Origin: Chlamydiota bacterium | GTDB taxonomy: Bacteria; Chlamydiota; Chlamydiia; Chlamydiales; JAAKFR01 | NCBI GenBank assembly: GCA_021772465.1 | Contig: JAJFLX010000003.1 | Location: 279,551 to 343,550, forward strand | Length of the DNA stretch: 64,000 nucleotides | Direction of reading: 5' to 3' | Shown: in pieces, positions 37,998-48,800 of the stretch | Layout: each line of letters opens with the position of its first letter | Position numbering within the stretch: position 1 is the stretch's first letter | The notes under the pieces: model-generated | Told to the model about the DNA's origin: nothing | Seen by the model: only the letters and a program-made list of their open reading frames with translations | The model's database searches: none | Made by a program: the position numbers and the translations under genes

Positions 37998-38929
37998 AAA
38001 AATTGCTCCAGGTAAAAAATCTTTCTGTGAAATTTTTCTCTGAGGAGGGAGAGATTGAAGCGGTTCGAGGTGTCGACTTTTTCATTTCAAAAGGTGAGCG
38101 CGTCGCTTTGGTGGGAGAGTCGGGCTGTGGGAAGAGCGCAGCGGCCAAAGCTCTTTTAGGGCTATCCTCAGGGGCCATCCATGCCGATTCTATTGAGTTT
38201 GAGGGAGAGGAGCTCACTGGCCTCTCAAAAAATAAGAGACGCAGTATTCGTGGCAGGCAGATTGGTATGATCTTTCAAGACCCTATGACCTCTCTCAATC
38301 CGACGATGCGTGTGGGGTTGCAAATCATGGAAGCGACTGTGCGCCTCCCTGCGCGAGAGAGAGCCCTTGAACTTCTCAAGCAGGTAGGCATCGACTCCCC
38401 TGAGCGCGTCTTCCGCCAGTACCCCCACGAGCTGAGTGGAGGGATGCGCCAGAGAATCCTGATTGCAATGGCGATCGCAGGTGAGCCGAGTCTTTTGATC
38501 GCAGATGAACCTACTACTGCTCTTGATGTCACCATCCAAGCCGAAATTCTCGAGCTGCTCAAGAGAATTGAAATCACGACTTTGCTAATCACCCACGACC
38601 TTGGAGTGGTCGCGGGTCTGTGTGATCGCGTCTTGGTTATGTATGGAGGGAAGATTGTCGAGATGGGCCTTGTTGAACAAATATTTCATGAGCCGGGACA
38701 CCCTTACACTAGGGCCCTGCTCCGGTCGATCCCAAGAATCGATCTTAGGCGCGATCTTCCCCTCGAGGTGATTGAGGGGTATCCCCCTTCTCTCCTCTCC
38801 CCCCCAGCTGGGTGTCCCTTTGCAGCGCGTTGCTCGGAGGCCATGCAGATTTGCGCTCTAAAAGAGCCACCCCTCACCTCTTTCCACTCCACGCAGGAGG
38901 TGACCTGTTGGCTGAGCGAGAAACCGTAG
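37994..38929 (+). CDS. oppD: oligopeptide ABC transporter ATPase OppD
   Basis: Walker A GESGCGKS, signature LSGGMRQRILIAMA, Walker B LLIADEPTTALD, and a C-terminal oligopeptide-type Cys motif (GCPFAARC). Confidence 0.92.
   Translation: MKKLLQVKNLSVKFFSEEGEIEAVRGVDFFISKGERVALVGESGCGKSAAAKALLGLSSGAIHADSIEFEGEELTGLSKNKRRSIRGRQIGMIFQDPMTSLNPTMRVGLQIMEATVRLPARERALELLKQVGIDSPERVFRQYPHELSGGMRQRILIAMAIAGEPSLLIADEPTTALDVTIQAEILELLKRIEITTLLITHDLGVVAGLCDRVLVMYGGKIVEMGLVEQIFHEPGHPYTRALLRSIPRIDLRRDLPLEVIEGYPPSLLSPPAGCPFAARCSEAMQICALKEPPLTSFHSTQEVTCWLSEKP
38895..38900 (+). promoter_or_regulatory. Shine-Dalgarno AGGAGG for oppF
   Basis: AGGAGG lies 7 nt upstream of the in-frame TTG at 38908, inside the 3' end of oppD. 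Confidence 0.6.
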
Positions 38930-39828
38930 TCGAGATCAGAAATGTGAATAAAGATTATGGAGGGGTCGCTGCTCTCAAAGCGATCTCCCTAAACATCTAT
39001 CGAGGGGAGACGCTCGGTCTTGTAGGAGAGAGTGGGTCGGGCAAATCGACGCTAGCGAAGACTCTGATTCAGCTGGTGAGGCCAAGCTCAGGAAGCCTCT
39101 ACTTTCAAGGCAGCGAGATAGGCTCTTTAGAAAAAAAGCCTCTCAAGCAGCTACGCCGCAAGATGCAGATAATTTTTCAAGACCCCTACGCCTCTCTCAA
39201 TCCCCGGATGACTGTCCGTGAAATACTTAAAGAGCCCTTAGAGATCCACCAATTGGAAGGCTCTGCCGAGCAGCTTCTAGCGCAGGTGGGGATGAATGCG
39301 AGTCATTTAAACCGCTTCCCTCATGAATTTAGTGGGGGGCAAAGGCAGCGCATCGCAATTGCTCGCGCGCTTGCGGTTGATCCCGAATTTCTCATCTGTG
39401 ATGAACCTTTTTCAGCCCTAGATGTCTCCATCCAAGCGCAGATTGTCAATCTCCTCCAAAAGGTCCAAAAGAAGCGGAAGCTCACCTATTTGATCATCGC
39501 CCACGACTTAGCGATGATTCGCTACCTCTGTGACCGAGTCGCGGTGATGTATCGAGGGGCCTTAATGGAGCTAGCGCCCAGTGAGGAGCTATATCGAAAT
39601 CCTATGCATCCCTACACTAAGGCCTTGCTTTCAGCAGTCCCTATCCCCGACCCCCACCTCGAGAAGAAGCGTTCGAAGGTTATTTTAGAAAAGAGGCTCC
39701 CTTTGAGCTCTGAGGGGTGCCCTTTTGCGCACCGATGTCCCCTAGCTACTACAATCTGCCATACACACCGTCCGGAGATGGAGCTCCAACACCAGCGCCA
39801 CGTGGCGTGTCACCATCTTCGCGCATAG
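38908..39828 (+). CDS. oppF: oligopeptide ABC transporter ATPase OppF
   Basis: Walker A GESGSGKST, signature FSGGQRQRIAIARAL, Walker B FLICDEPFSALD, C-terminal GCPFAHRCP...HVACH. The ORF track begins at 38812, 118 nt inside oppD. TTG 38908 with a perfect Shine-Dalgarno gives a normal-length N-terminus (LAERETVVEIRNV...). Confidence 0.9.
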   Translation: MAERETVVEIRNVNKDYGGVAALKAISLNIYRGETLGLVGESGSGKSTLAKTLIQLVRPSSGSLYFQGSEIGSLEKKPLKQLRRKMQIIFQDPYASLNPRMTVREILKEPLEIHQLEGSAEQLLAQVGMNASHLNRFPHEFSGGQRQRIAIARALAVDPEFLICDEPFSALDVSIQAQIVNLLQKVQKKRKLTYLIIAHDLAMIRYLCDRVAVMYRGALMELAPSEELYRNPMHPYTKALLSAVPIPDPHLEKKRSKVILEKRLPLSSEGCPFAHRCPLATTICHTHRPEMELQHQRHVACHHLRA

Positions 39829-42800
39829 GTCCTTTTCCCTTGTCCCTACGAGCTTCTCCCCGCTTCTCTTTTGCCGAGGTGCGTAGATCAGTAAGGAAGT
39901 CATGAGACTCAGGGCGTATTTCGTTCAATAGCTTTTTGTATTGAGCAGACCCTAAGCCCTTGAGCCATTCGGCGAGCTTCTTTTTTTCAGCAGCAGAGAA
40001 TTTAAGGGGATTTTGCTTGCAATGCTTATGAAGAAGCTCAAGTTTTTTTCTCGCGAGCTTGAGTAGTAGTTTTGGATCCCCGTCATTAATACGCCCGAGG
40101 AGAGCTGCCGATTGCTTCGTTTTGAACCCTGTATCTAAGTCCTGGTAGAATCGCTCATAGGTGCCTTCTCTTTTCCATTTTGGCACGAGCGTATTCCACA
40201 GATAGTCTTCTTCAACTGTAGAAAACCGAGGCATATCAATTAAAAGCTTGACGAGGATCGATTTCTCAATAAACCCTTCACTTTTGGAATCAGGGGTCGC
40301 ATTGCCCCGATCTACACAAAGGATTTCATGTTCGTTAGTAAGAGAATAAAGACCCAATTGGTAATTAGTATTTGAACCATCTTTCCCCCGTTCAGTCGCT
40401 AAGAATGAACGTAGACTCTCTGAGTATTCATCTGGGGTGACTATTAACACAGTAGGAGGATTTTCTGGGCTTTTGGCTACGAGGATCCTGAAAGCGGGCA
40501 CACCCGTGACACTTCGACGCAGCTCGTGTGCACGCTCTGAAATATAGAGATCTGTGAGGATCTTGCGTGACGTGGGGCCTATGATATCAGATACACATTG
40601 ATAATGATCGCTAACCATAGATCTATAACGGTATCTTTCTCTTTCAAATCTTCCCATCGTTACGCTCTCAGCAATAAATGCTCTGTAGTCGACAAGACCG
40701 GTCTCTCGAAAATACGAAGTGGGTTGGATTGACGATTCAACTTCCTGCTCTTGCTCCTGTTCCTGCTCTTGCTCTTGCTGTAGCTGCACTTGTTGCTCAG
40801 AGTGAGCTCCTTCATTTTGATGCAGAGGGATTTTCTCAGCGAGATGATTTTTGAAAAAATCCCGATGCGCTTCTTCTGCAAGTTTTGCTTTCTCTGCTTC
40901 AACCACTTTTTTTGCCGCCGTGAGTGCGCTTAGTAGCCCAGCATATTTAGTTTTAATTAAGGGGTAGTTTCCAACTGCTTTCTGCGCCAAATTTTTAATC
41001 AACCCCCAAAAGCCACTGCCTGTATTTGCGTCTTGGGGAGGATTGTAACGACTGTTGAACTCTGCCATATTCTTTTCAAGCTGAGCTGTAAGCTTGACAA
41101 TCATCTCAAGTTGTTTGTTATACTGCGCCTCAAGAAACGCAAGTGTGTCGACATAGGTGGGAGGCGCATAATCTTGGAGCCATTGAATCTCATTTGAAAT
41201 GATGTGAAGATCTCGAATAGCCGGGAAGAGAACTTTCCCCTCAAATTCCACATAAGGCGCTATATCATTTTTATCGTTTGGAAGGGGCACGTATACTCTC
41301 GTGATTCTGTCTAGCTCTAAATCGAGAGGCGTTCGGATTTGCTTGAGCATTGCCTTGGTGTGGTAGAGCTGCTCGGCATCTAAAGTGTTTATGATACAGT
41401 ATTTTAGAGCATGCACAATGAGGAGGTCTTTTGTGGGCTCTAGTTTTAAGCACCGTCTGATTTGGCTCTCGGTTTTCTTATCGAAAGCAATTTTTACTTT
41501 TTGGCCGAGGCCCAGCTGGCGCATCCGGCCGAGCATCTGAGCTACATCATCAATTTTGTTACCGACACCAAAGAGTGCACACCCCTCGATCTCTTCTCCT
41601 ACAGGGACGTGAAAATGCACGCCACGAGTATCTGAAGGGCCGTAGAGAAATAGAGCCCCTTTCTCAATCGCGGAAGCTTCGTAATCCATAACTTCCCCGC
41701 CCCGGCTCATCATTTTCTTCTCGTGGTGGCGCGTACGGTAGATGATCTGCCGCTCCACGCCATTCGCTTGAAGGTAAGCAGCGAGCCTTTCGCAGTCATT
41801 GCCAAGCACCTCATAGTCGTAGTTCATAAGCGCTTGAGTTCCACTTCTAGCTTTTTCAAGCATAAAAGCAAGAGGGTCTGTGAAGCTTGTTTCACACTTA
41901 TCTTCGACATCCATCAAAAGAAGAAGTTCTCCGAGCACATCGTCAGGACGCTTTTCACCAGGTCTTGCGAGATTGAGCGAGAAGAGGTCTCCCGTACCTG
42001 AAGCAATGCGCGCATCTCCCCCTTTTGCAAAACGAGGTCCGATCACGCAGTCTTGAGTGTTGAAGACAATCTGCTCGGCGTAAACTTTGATGTAGTTTGT
42101 ATAGAGCATTAGATGTCTCAAATACACGAGTCGATGCAAACTAAGGCCTTCATCTCCAATAAATGCTTCGTATAGGGTCTCGTACTTTCCAGAAGTAGGT
42201 TTGTCAGGGAAACGCCGGTTGCTTTTGAAACAATCCATGATTTCAGCTTTCCATTCACTCCAAGTCATTTCGGATAGCTGAGGAGAGCAGTGCTCATCGC
42301 CTGGAAGATCGTCATAATTTTTGGCAAATAGCTCCTGATTGAGAGCATTCGATGCTCCTAAATAGTGGAGGATGTGGTGAAAAATGTTTTCAGGCTCATT
42401 CCCATAAAGGACATTCTTTTTTTCGATTCCATCCATATAAGGAACAACTGTGACCCCATCGCGCCTGCAAATACCACGATCGAGTTTAGGATTGATCCCC
42501 GCAACTGAGGGAAGGGCAAGAGTTAAAGAGATTCGCAAAGCAATCAAATAGTGGAACTTCTGCAGCTCCACTTCACCAGCTCCGTTTGGATAGGGAGGAA
42601 GACCCTTTGGAAGGCTCGTTCGGTGTCCTGTCAAATATTCGACAAGCTCCGCTTTATTAATCTGTTCCCACTCATCTTTTTTCCAACCCACAACTGTCCA
42701 CCAGAAATCATCTTCAACTAATGTCTTTGCTACTGTTTGAAGCTCTTGCTCTAGATTTTCAACTGAGCGGAGGTCATTGCCCACCATTTTTTCATAGAGG

Positions 42801-45800
42801 GCTTTATGTTTCTCGCAGATATGACGTACCATTTTTTCCGCCATCGTAAAGCGAGTGGAGTCGACTGTTCGGTGCTCTCCCGTTGCAAAGTTGTATTCAA
42901 AATTGATGTCAAAATTGGTGTCTTCATCAATTAGATAGGAAACGTTCTCTGTTTTGAAAAAACTTTCAATCTTACGAAGCATTTGCAGCTGCACATAATA
43001 TACCTTCAAACGCCCTTGAGCAGACGGGTCGAGCTGGTTAAAATGGCGACCCTCAAGCTCGCAGCAAAGGATGTCTTGTAGTTCAATGCGTTTATTTCTA
43101 AGGCCTGCCAAGTCCTTTGGAGCTGTAAGCACAGCTCGCTTCTCAGACTTTAGTTTATTGAGAGTTCGGAGAATACGCTCAAGATGCTCTTCAATTTCCT
43201 TATTTGTTGGGTCCTCCTTTTTCAATCCGAAGTTGATGTCAAAACCGAAGAGATAGCTCCGTTTTCCAAGCGATTCGTGCAACTGCGTGACGAGCTCTTC
43301 ATTGGTGACCATAACGGGCTGTTTCCCTCGTTGGAGAAGAAGCTCTACTGCTTTTGGAAAAATAAAGTCAGACTTACCAGCCCCCATAATGAGACGAACA
43401 AATCTGTCGGGCTCTTTCGTCTCATCCTTAAGGTCCGCTAGCATCCTCTCAAGGGCGTCATTGGCAAAATCTCTTGAAATCCACCCTCTTCGAACCTCCG
43501 TTACGAGATACCGTCTGGTAAAGAGTTGGTTTTTTAAGCATTGGTTCTTCTCGTCTGCGTATCTCTTCCAGTTGCCCCCTTCAGAGAGGTAGCGTTGAAG
43601 CTCAAATGAGGCCAAGTCCCAATCGCGTGATTTTCCTGACTTTAGAAATTCTTCGATCCGATCAGCCTTCCCTTTACCAGAGCCTTTCGTCTCCTTATGC
43701 ACCTCGTGCATAATCCGCTGGAGCTTCCAACACTGCGCCTTAGCCTTTTCATACTGTTGAAGCTGAGTGGTGCAGAGGATAAAATTTGTTATCATAGCGG
43801 CATACGGTTGCTCGCTTCTATTGTCTTCAAGACCTAGAATGGACCAATCTTGGTAGAGATCAAAGACAGCGTTGAGGATTTGATCCTCGCCCACTCTTTC
43901 CCCATCAGCAAAAAGATCGAGAAGCCCCAGCTCCTTGGCGTGGTATTGTGTAGCCTCTAGCAGCTCAACTTTCATGCGATGCTGCTCCTTTTTGAGAGCC
44001 TCGATCCGCGTCGCAAGATCTTGATAGAGTGTTCTAAGCTTAGAAGAATCTAGCGTCGATTCCGTTTTTTTAACAAGCTTATCTTTTGCCAGCTCAATTC
44101 CACTGCAAATCTCCTGGAATCGAGCAGCTTTGCGAGGATTGGTCACTATAGTCGAGTCAAAATAGTTTTTAGCTTGCTCTTCGCGCACCGTCCATTTACC
44201 AGTCTGTTGATTGATAAAATATGTATTTATGTTTAAGATATCTCGCTTTTCAAGATGAATTTCTGGGTAAGGAACGTCATTTTTTCTTTGCAATGGGACT
44301 TCGGAAGGAAGAGGTACGGCACATCTCTCTTCAGCAGGGCCTGCACGCTCTTGTGCAGGTTCAGGGGTCAGCATTTGTTTTAAGAGGCCTTGTAAATTTC
44401 CAAACCACTCTTCAATCCCTTCAACTGCTGGATTTGTCCCTTCAGTAGCCGCATCGAGCGTGTCTGGGAGTATCTCATTTAAAAAATCTTGAAGATAGGG
44501 AATGAGTAGGGAGTCGCTCTGAGCAAGAAAGTCGGTCATTAGGCCCCGAGGCACTCGCCTACCCCCGATTTCGTCGTATGAAGTGTAGTGGGAGATGTAA
44601 AGCTTATACACTGCGTAGAGTTTGTAAAATCCCTGTTTGTTGATCCCCAGTATTGAGGGGTTGCGAAGTTGCTCATCCCAAAGTTTTTTCTGCTTTGTAT
44701 GGAGCTCTCCAAAGGGAGGGAGCCGATTTCCAGAAATTTTGACATTTTTCACAAGAAGCGCAATATCTCGTACCCGAGTTTGCCACTTTGGCCCTTGCTC
44801 CTCTTTAAACTTATGGATGAGCAAGAGCAAATGCCTTGCCGTATCCACTAAAGACTCTGTACCCTCCGGAAGAGGTCTTCGAAGGAAGGCTAGATCTTCA
44901 GAAGAGAGCTCTTCTTCAATAATCCACTCCCAATAAGACCAAAAATTTCCTACAACAGTTTCGATTTTCGGATAGTGTCCGAATCGCTGGTGATGCTCCT
45001 TTACAGGCGCTGGGTAGTAGCGTTTTGGAAGAGCCAAAATCAGTTCGTGCAGCTGGTCTTTTGAAAACTTACTTTGAAGCTCAAAAGGTTTTGGAGGCGT
45101 TTTAAGTTTCTGAAGTTTTTCTCGGATCTGAGAGATCACATTCTGACCTCCCGTCAAATTGAACGAAGTATAGAGGCCGAGGAGCGAGGAGATCCGCTGA
45201 TTTTCTGGAATTCGAATAGAGATACGAGTCATCTCATCATCTGTCAGAATTAAACTATGTTCATGCAATTGATTGCGAAAGTGACCTCGTTGCTTTTGAT
45301 GTTGAGAGAACAGAGTTGAAAATACGAAAATGAGAATAGATTTCTCCTTTTCATTATAAGGTAGTTCGCCATGTTGGCTTTCAAAATGGTGTTCCAATGA
45401 AAAAATTGAAACGAGGAACTTCGTCCAATAAGCAGTTTCTAACGGAGTGAGAGAAGTGGGGTCGGAAATAAAATTAAGAGCTTTTGCTAAGAATTGTTGA
45501 ATTCCAATGCCTCGGATCATCTCTTTTAGCTCTTTAAAATCGATTGCTTCAGAGTGCCCTTTCTCAACAAATTGAGTGAGGTATCGGTTTGCTGCCCCCC
45601 ACTCTTGGCGAGTCGCTGCAAGGTAGCTGAGATAGAGAAATCCTCGGTGTGTCGACTGCTCTCCAGAGGCATCAATGTCAACTAAAGTGGGTGTCGGTTT
45701 CGCGATGTGGTTGATCAGAGTGCCAAAAAATTGGACGTTTTCATCCGATCCTTCCATCAACTTCGTTGCAATTTCCTCTGTTCCAACGAATATTTTACCA

Positions 45801-48800
45801 ATAGCCGCTAACTGTTTTATAAGTGCTATCGATTTCGTCATCCCAGCGAGCATGTTATTATCAACTGACTCCAGTAATGGCAAGATGGAAGAGAAGTCGT
45901 GCAGAGCATCTCCTCCCAAATCGAGCAGATCCTGGATAGTTTTGATGTAGTGAAGAGGTTTTCCCTTCTGAGCCACATTTGTTGCAAAGTAGGGAAAAAC
46001 CCATAAACGGAGAGCACCCGTTTCGCTATTTCGAAGCGCAAGGGTATTTTCGCGCCAGTTGGCTCCAAACTGCGCTTCGATTTGCTTTGTACCTGAAAGC
46101 GCGAGTTTCCAGTTTGCATTCCCCGCTACATGCCACCCCTCATCGGTCGTATGTTTCAAGATAAGTCGTTTCTTAGAACTAGGATCTTCAGGAAATCTCA
46201 CTTCATCAACATGGGTTCCATCAGACGAGAGCATTAAAAGCTCTTGGTTGGAACAGCATTGAAAGAGATGAACCCCTTTTTTCTTCATCTGGGCGCAAAC
46301 GGTTTTCTGCTCGCTCCCCACACCTAGAGTCGCCTTTCGGATAGATTTTGAATTCAAATGAAGCTCAATAGGGTCGTTTTCTAGGTCCCGACCTCTCCTA
46401 GCTACAAGAGCGCGGCTAGAATCTAGTTTTCCCTTGGAATCAATAGGGACCCATATTCCTTTCTCTGTTATCTGCTGTTCGACAAAGGTATTTCGATGAG
46501 TCGAGAAAAGAGGGGTGAGCAAAATATCTGCTTTCCGCCTTTTCAGAGTTACGACTTGAAAGCGGTACTCCGCATCTCCACGCTTTTGGATCACATCGAG
46601 TTTATTACCTGAGGTTCTAAAAGTTATGGAAACGCCACAGGGGTCAGTCCATAAGTATTCAACGACGTTGTTATCGCGCACCTGTTCTTTAACCCACATC
46701 CTGGCCGGCTTTCCAAAAAGGAAGGTGAAATTAGGATCACTTTTAAAGCGTTCAGGAAATTCCTTGAGGCCGCCTGATTCTATTTGTGTGGTGCACCCCA
46801 TGCCGCTGACTAAATCCAAAACGATTTCGTCTGGGCCTTGAAGGGTGTAGCAGTACGGGTTATGAGGCTGCTCTTTCCATTTTCCCTCAGAGCCACTCAA
46901 GCGCTTGAGAAGCTCATTGCGAAATTCTTCATCAGTTTCTAGTTCCCCGCGAAGCCTGGGGAGTAAATCTCGCTTTGTAAATGCGATATTTTCCTCTTGC
47001 AGCCCTGAATGGCCTATTGGGAAGGGTGATTTCTGAAGGATGTAAAGAGCAGAGATGATCGCTCTCCATTCAGCCAAATTCGCTCCATCCTTAGGAGGGT
47101 ATCGGTTGAAATGGCTTAAGAGATGGGTGGCAAAAATTTTCTGATCGCGCTTCTCTTCATTGTCTCTAAAGTCAGATAAGAAGTCGCTTGCGTTGTACTT
47201 ATAAAGAGCATCCGAAATAGCGGGTGCACAAACATAGATCAGAAGCCGAGAGAGATCGCCCGATCTGGTTAGTCGATAAGATAAAGCAAGCACATTGTCT
47301 TCATCTGAAATTTTTTGAGCTAGTTCGTGAGCAAATTCCTTGTAAAGAGTCGTCGTCTCTCCCCTTTCCATTTCTCTTCTAAGAGGCGAATCTTCTTCAA
47401 GTTTTTCACGAATCCACTTCTCGATCACATCCCTTGAAGCGGGGCAGATCTTCAAAATGGAGGTAGTCACTTCACCGATGATAGTCGAGCGGAGCTGATT
47501 TGCCATGCTGCGGATCCTCTCAGAGATATCCATCAAAAAGAGAAGAGTAGCTCTCTCTTGACGCCTTGTCAGACGATCAATAATCTCTTCGAGCGCAGCT
47601 TTGTTATCGATGAAGAGGTGGGGGTGTGTGAGAAGTTGCTTGCGCAAAAGACCCGGCGAGAAAAATCTCTGGTAGAAAGTATCCCTCACGTGCTCAATTT
47701 TCAAGGCCGTAGGGCATTCATAGAGGTATTCCCAAAGACTTGAGATAGATGTCACATCGAGTTCTGGAACGAACTCAAATATTTTGTCCCCCCCCTCTCT
47801 ATTTGCAACGGACGTTTGTCGCAAACAATACTCCTCTGCCGGGCTTAGCGCAGGGAACTCTGGTTTTTCTCCTACTCTCGTCGCAAACTGCCTCTCCTCG
47901 TCATTTTTAAGAGCATCTTTTGCAATCACTAAAGGCATGTTCCCGATGTCATAGGGCCTGTGATCGATTGTGGGAGGAGTGCCTATTTTCTGTGTGTAGA
48001 TTCGAAAGGGTCCCAACTCATTTTTCTTATCCGTCAGAGTGTAACAACAGTGCGATTCCCTGTTATCCAAGCACCATGGGGTCAAATAGAGGCGATCTAG
48101 CTCTCCGAAACGCTTTTGAAGTTCTTTGAGTTTTGGAGGGTCATTATTCACTAGAACAAATTGCGCAACTTTTCCCTTCCTATCCCATCCAGCGAAACGG
48201 TGCATCATGCCCGTTGGATCTTCAAGAGCATCACGCATCGCAAGCTGGCGACGCAATAAGCCGATCTCTTTCGGCCCCAGGTACTCATAGGCATCTTTAA
48301 GGTTGAAAACACCACGTTGATGAAAGAGGACATTGTTAGCCAGCCTAGTGCTAGGTGTAGCCTCGTTTAATGCACTCAATTTTACCCGCTCAGGGAATGT
48401 GGGTTCTGGGAATTGAGTTCCGTCGCCAAGTTGATCGTATCCGATTAAGAAAGAGTGTTTATTTTCTGAAATAAAATGATTAAAAGCTACGCCGCGAGAC
48501 AGGTGTTCTCTGAACTCATTGTAAGCGACAATACAGCTTTGATATCTTGCCTGAGATTGAGGGTCATTGCCATAAGGTAGGCTGCGATCGCCCGAGAGGA
48601 GCCAATGATTTTGTTTGCAGGTATAAGTCCAAATAAAGGTATTGAGAATTTTGGGGTCTATGTAACTTATTTCACTTTTAGGAATCTCTAAGATTTTGAA
48701 AAATCTGCCTACCATGGCGACAAAGCGACGATTACTTCTACTTCTCCCACCTAAATCTGACTGATAATTAATAGTTCCTAAAAAATTATCAGGATTAAAA

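Noticed and set aside
38812-38907. N-terminal 32-codon extension of the oppF ORF in the six-frame track, overlapping oppD by 118 nt.
   Set aside because: The extension has no ABC-ATPase counterpart. An in-frame TTG at 38908 with AGGAGG 7 nt upstream gives the canonical N-terminus.
40742-40780. QQEQEQEQEQEQE run in the giant ORF, considered as a possible slip-prone tandem repeat.
   Set aside because: At DNA level the CAR/GAR codons alternate synonymously (cag caa gag caa gag cag gaa ...), so it is not a perfect microsatellite. It is best read as a low-complexity interdomain linker.
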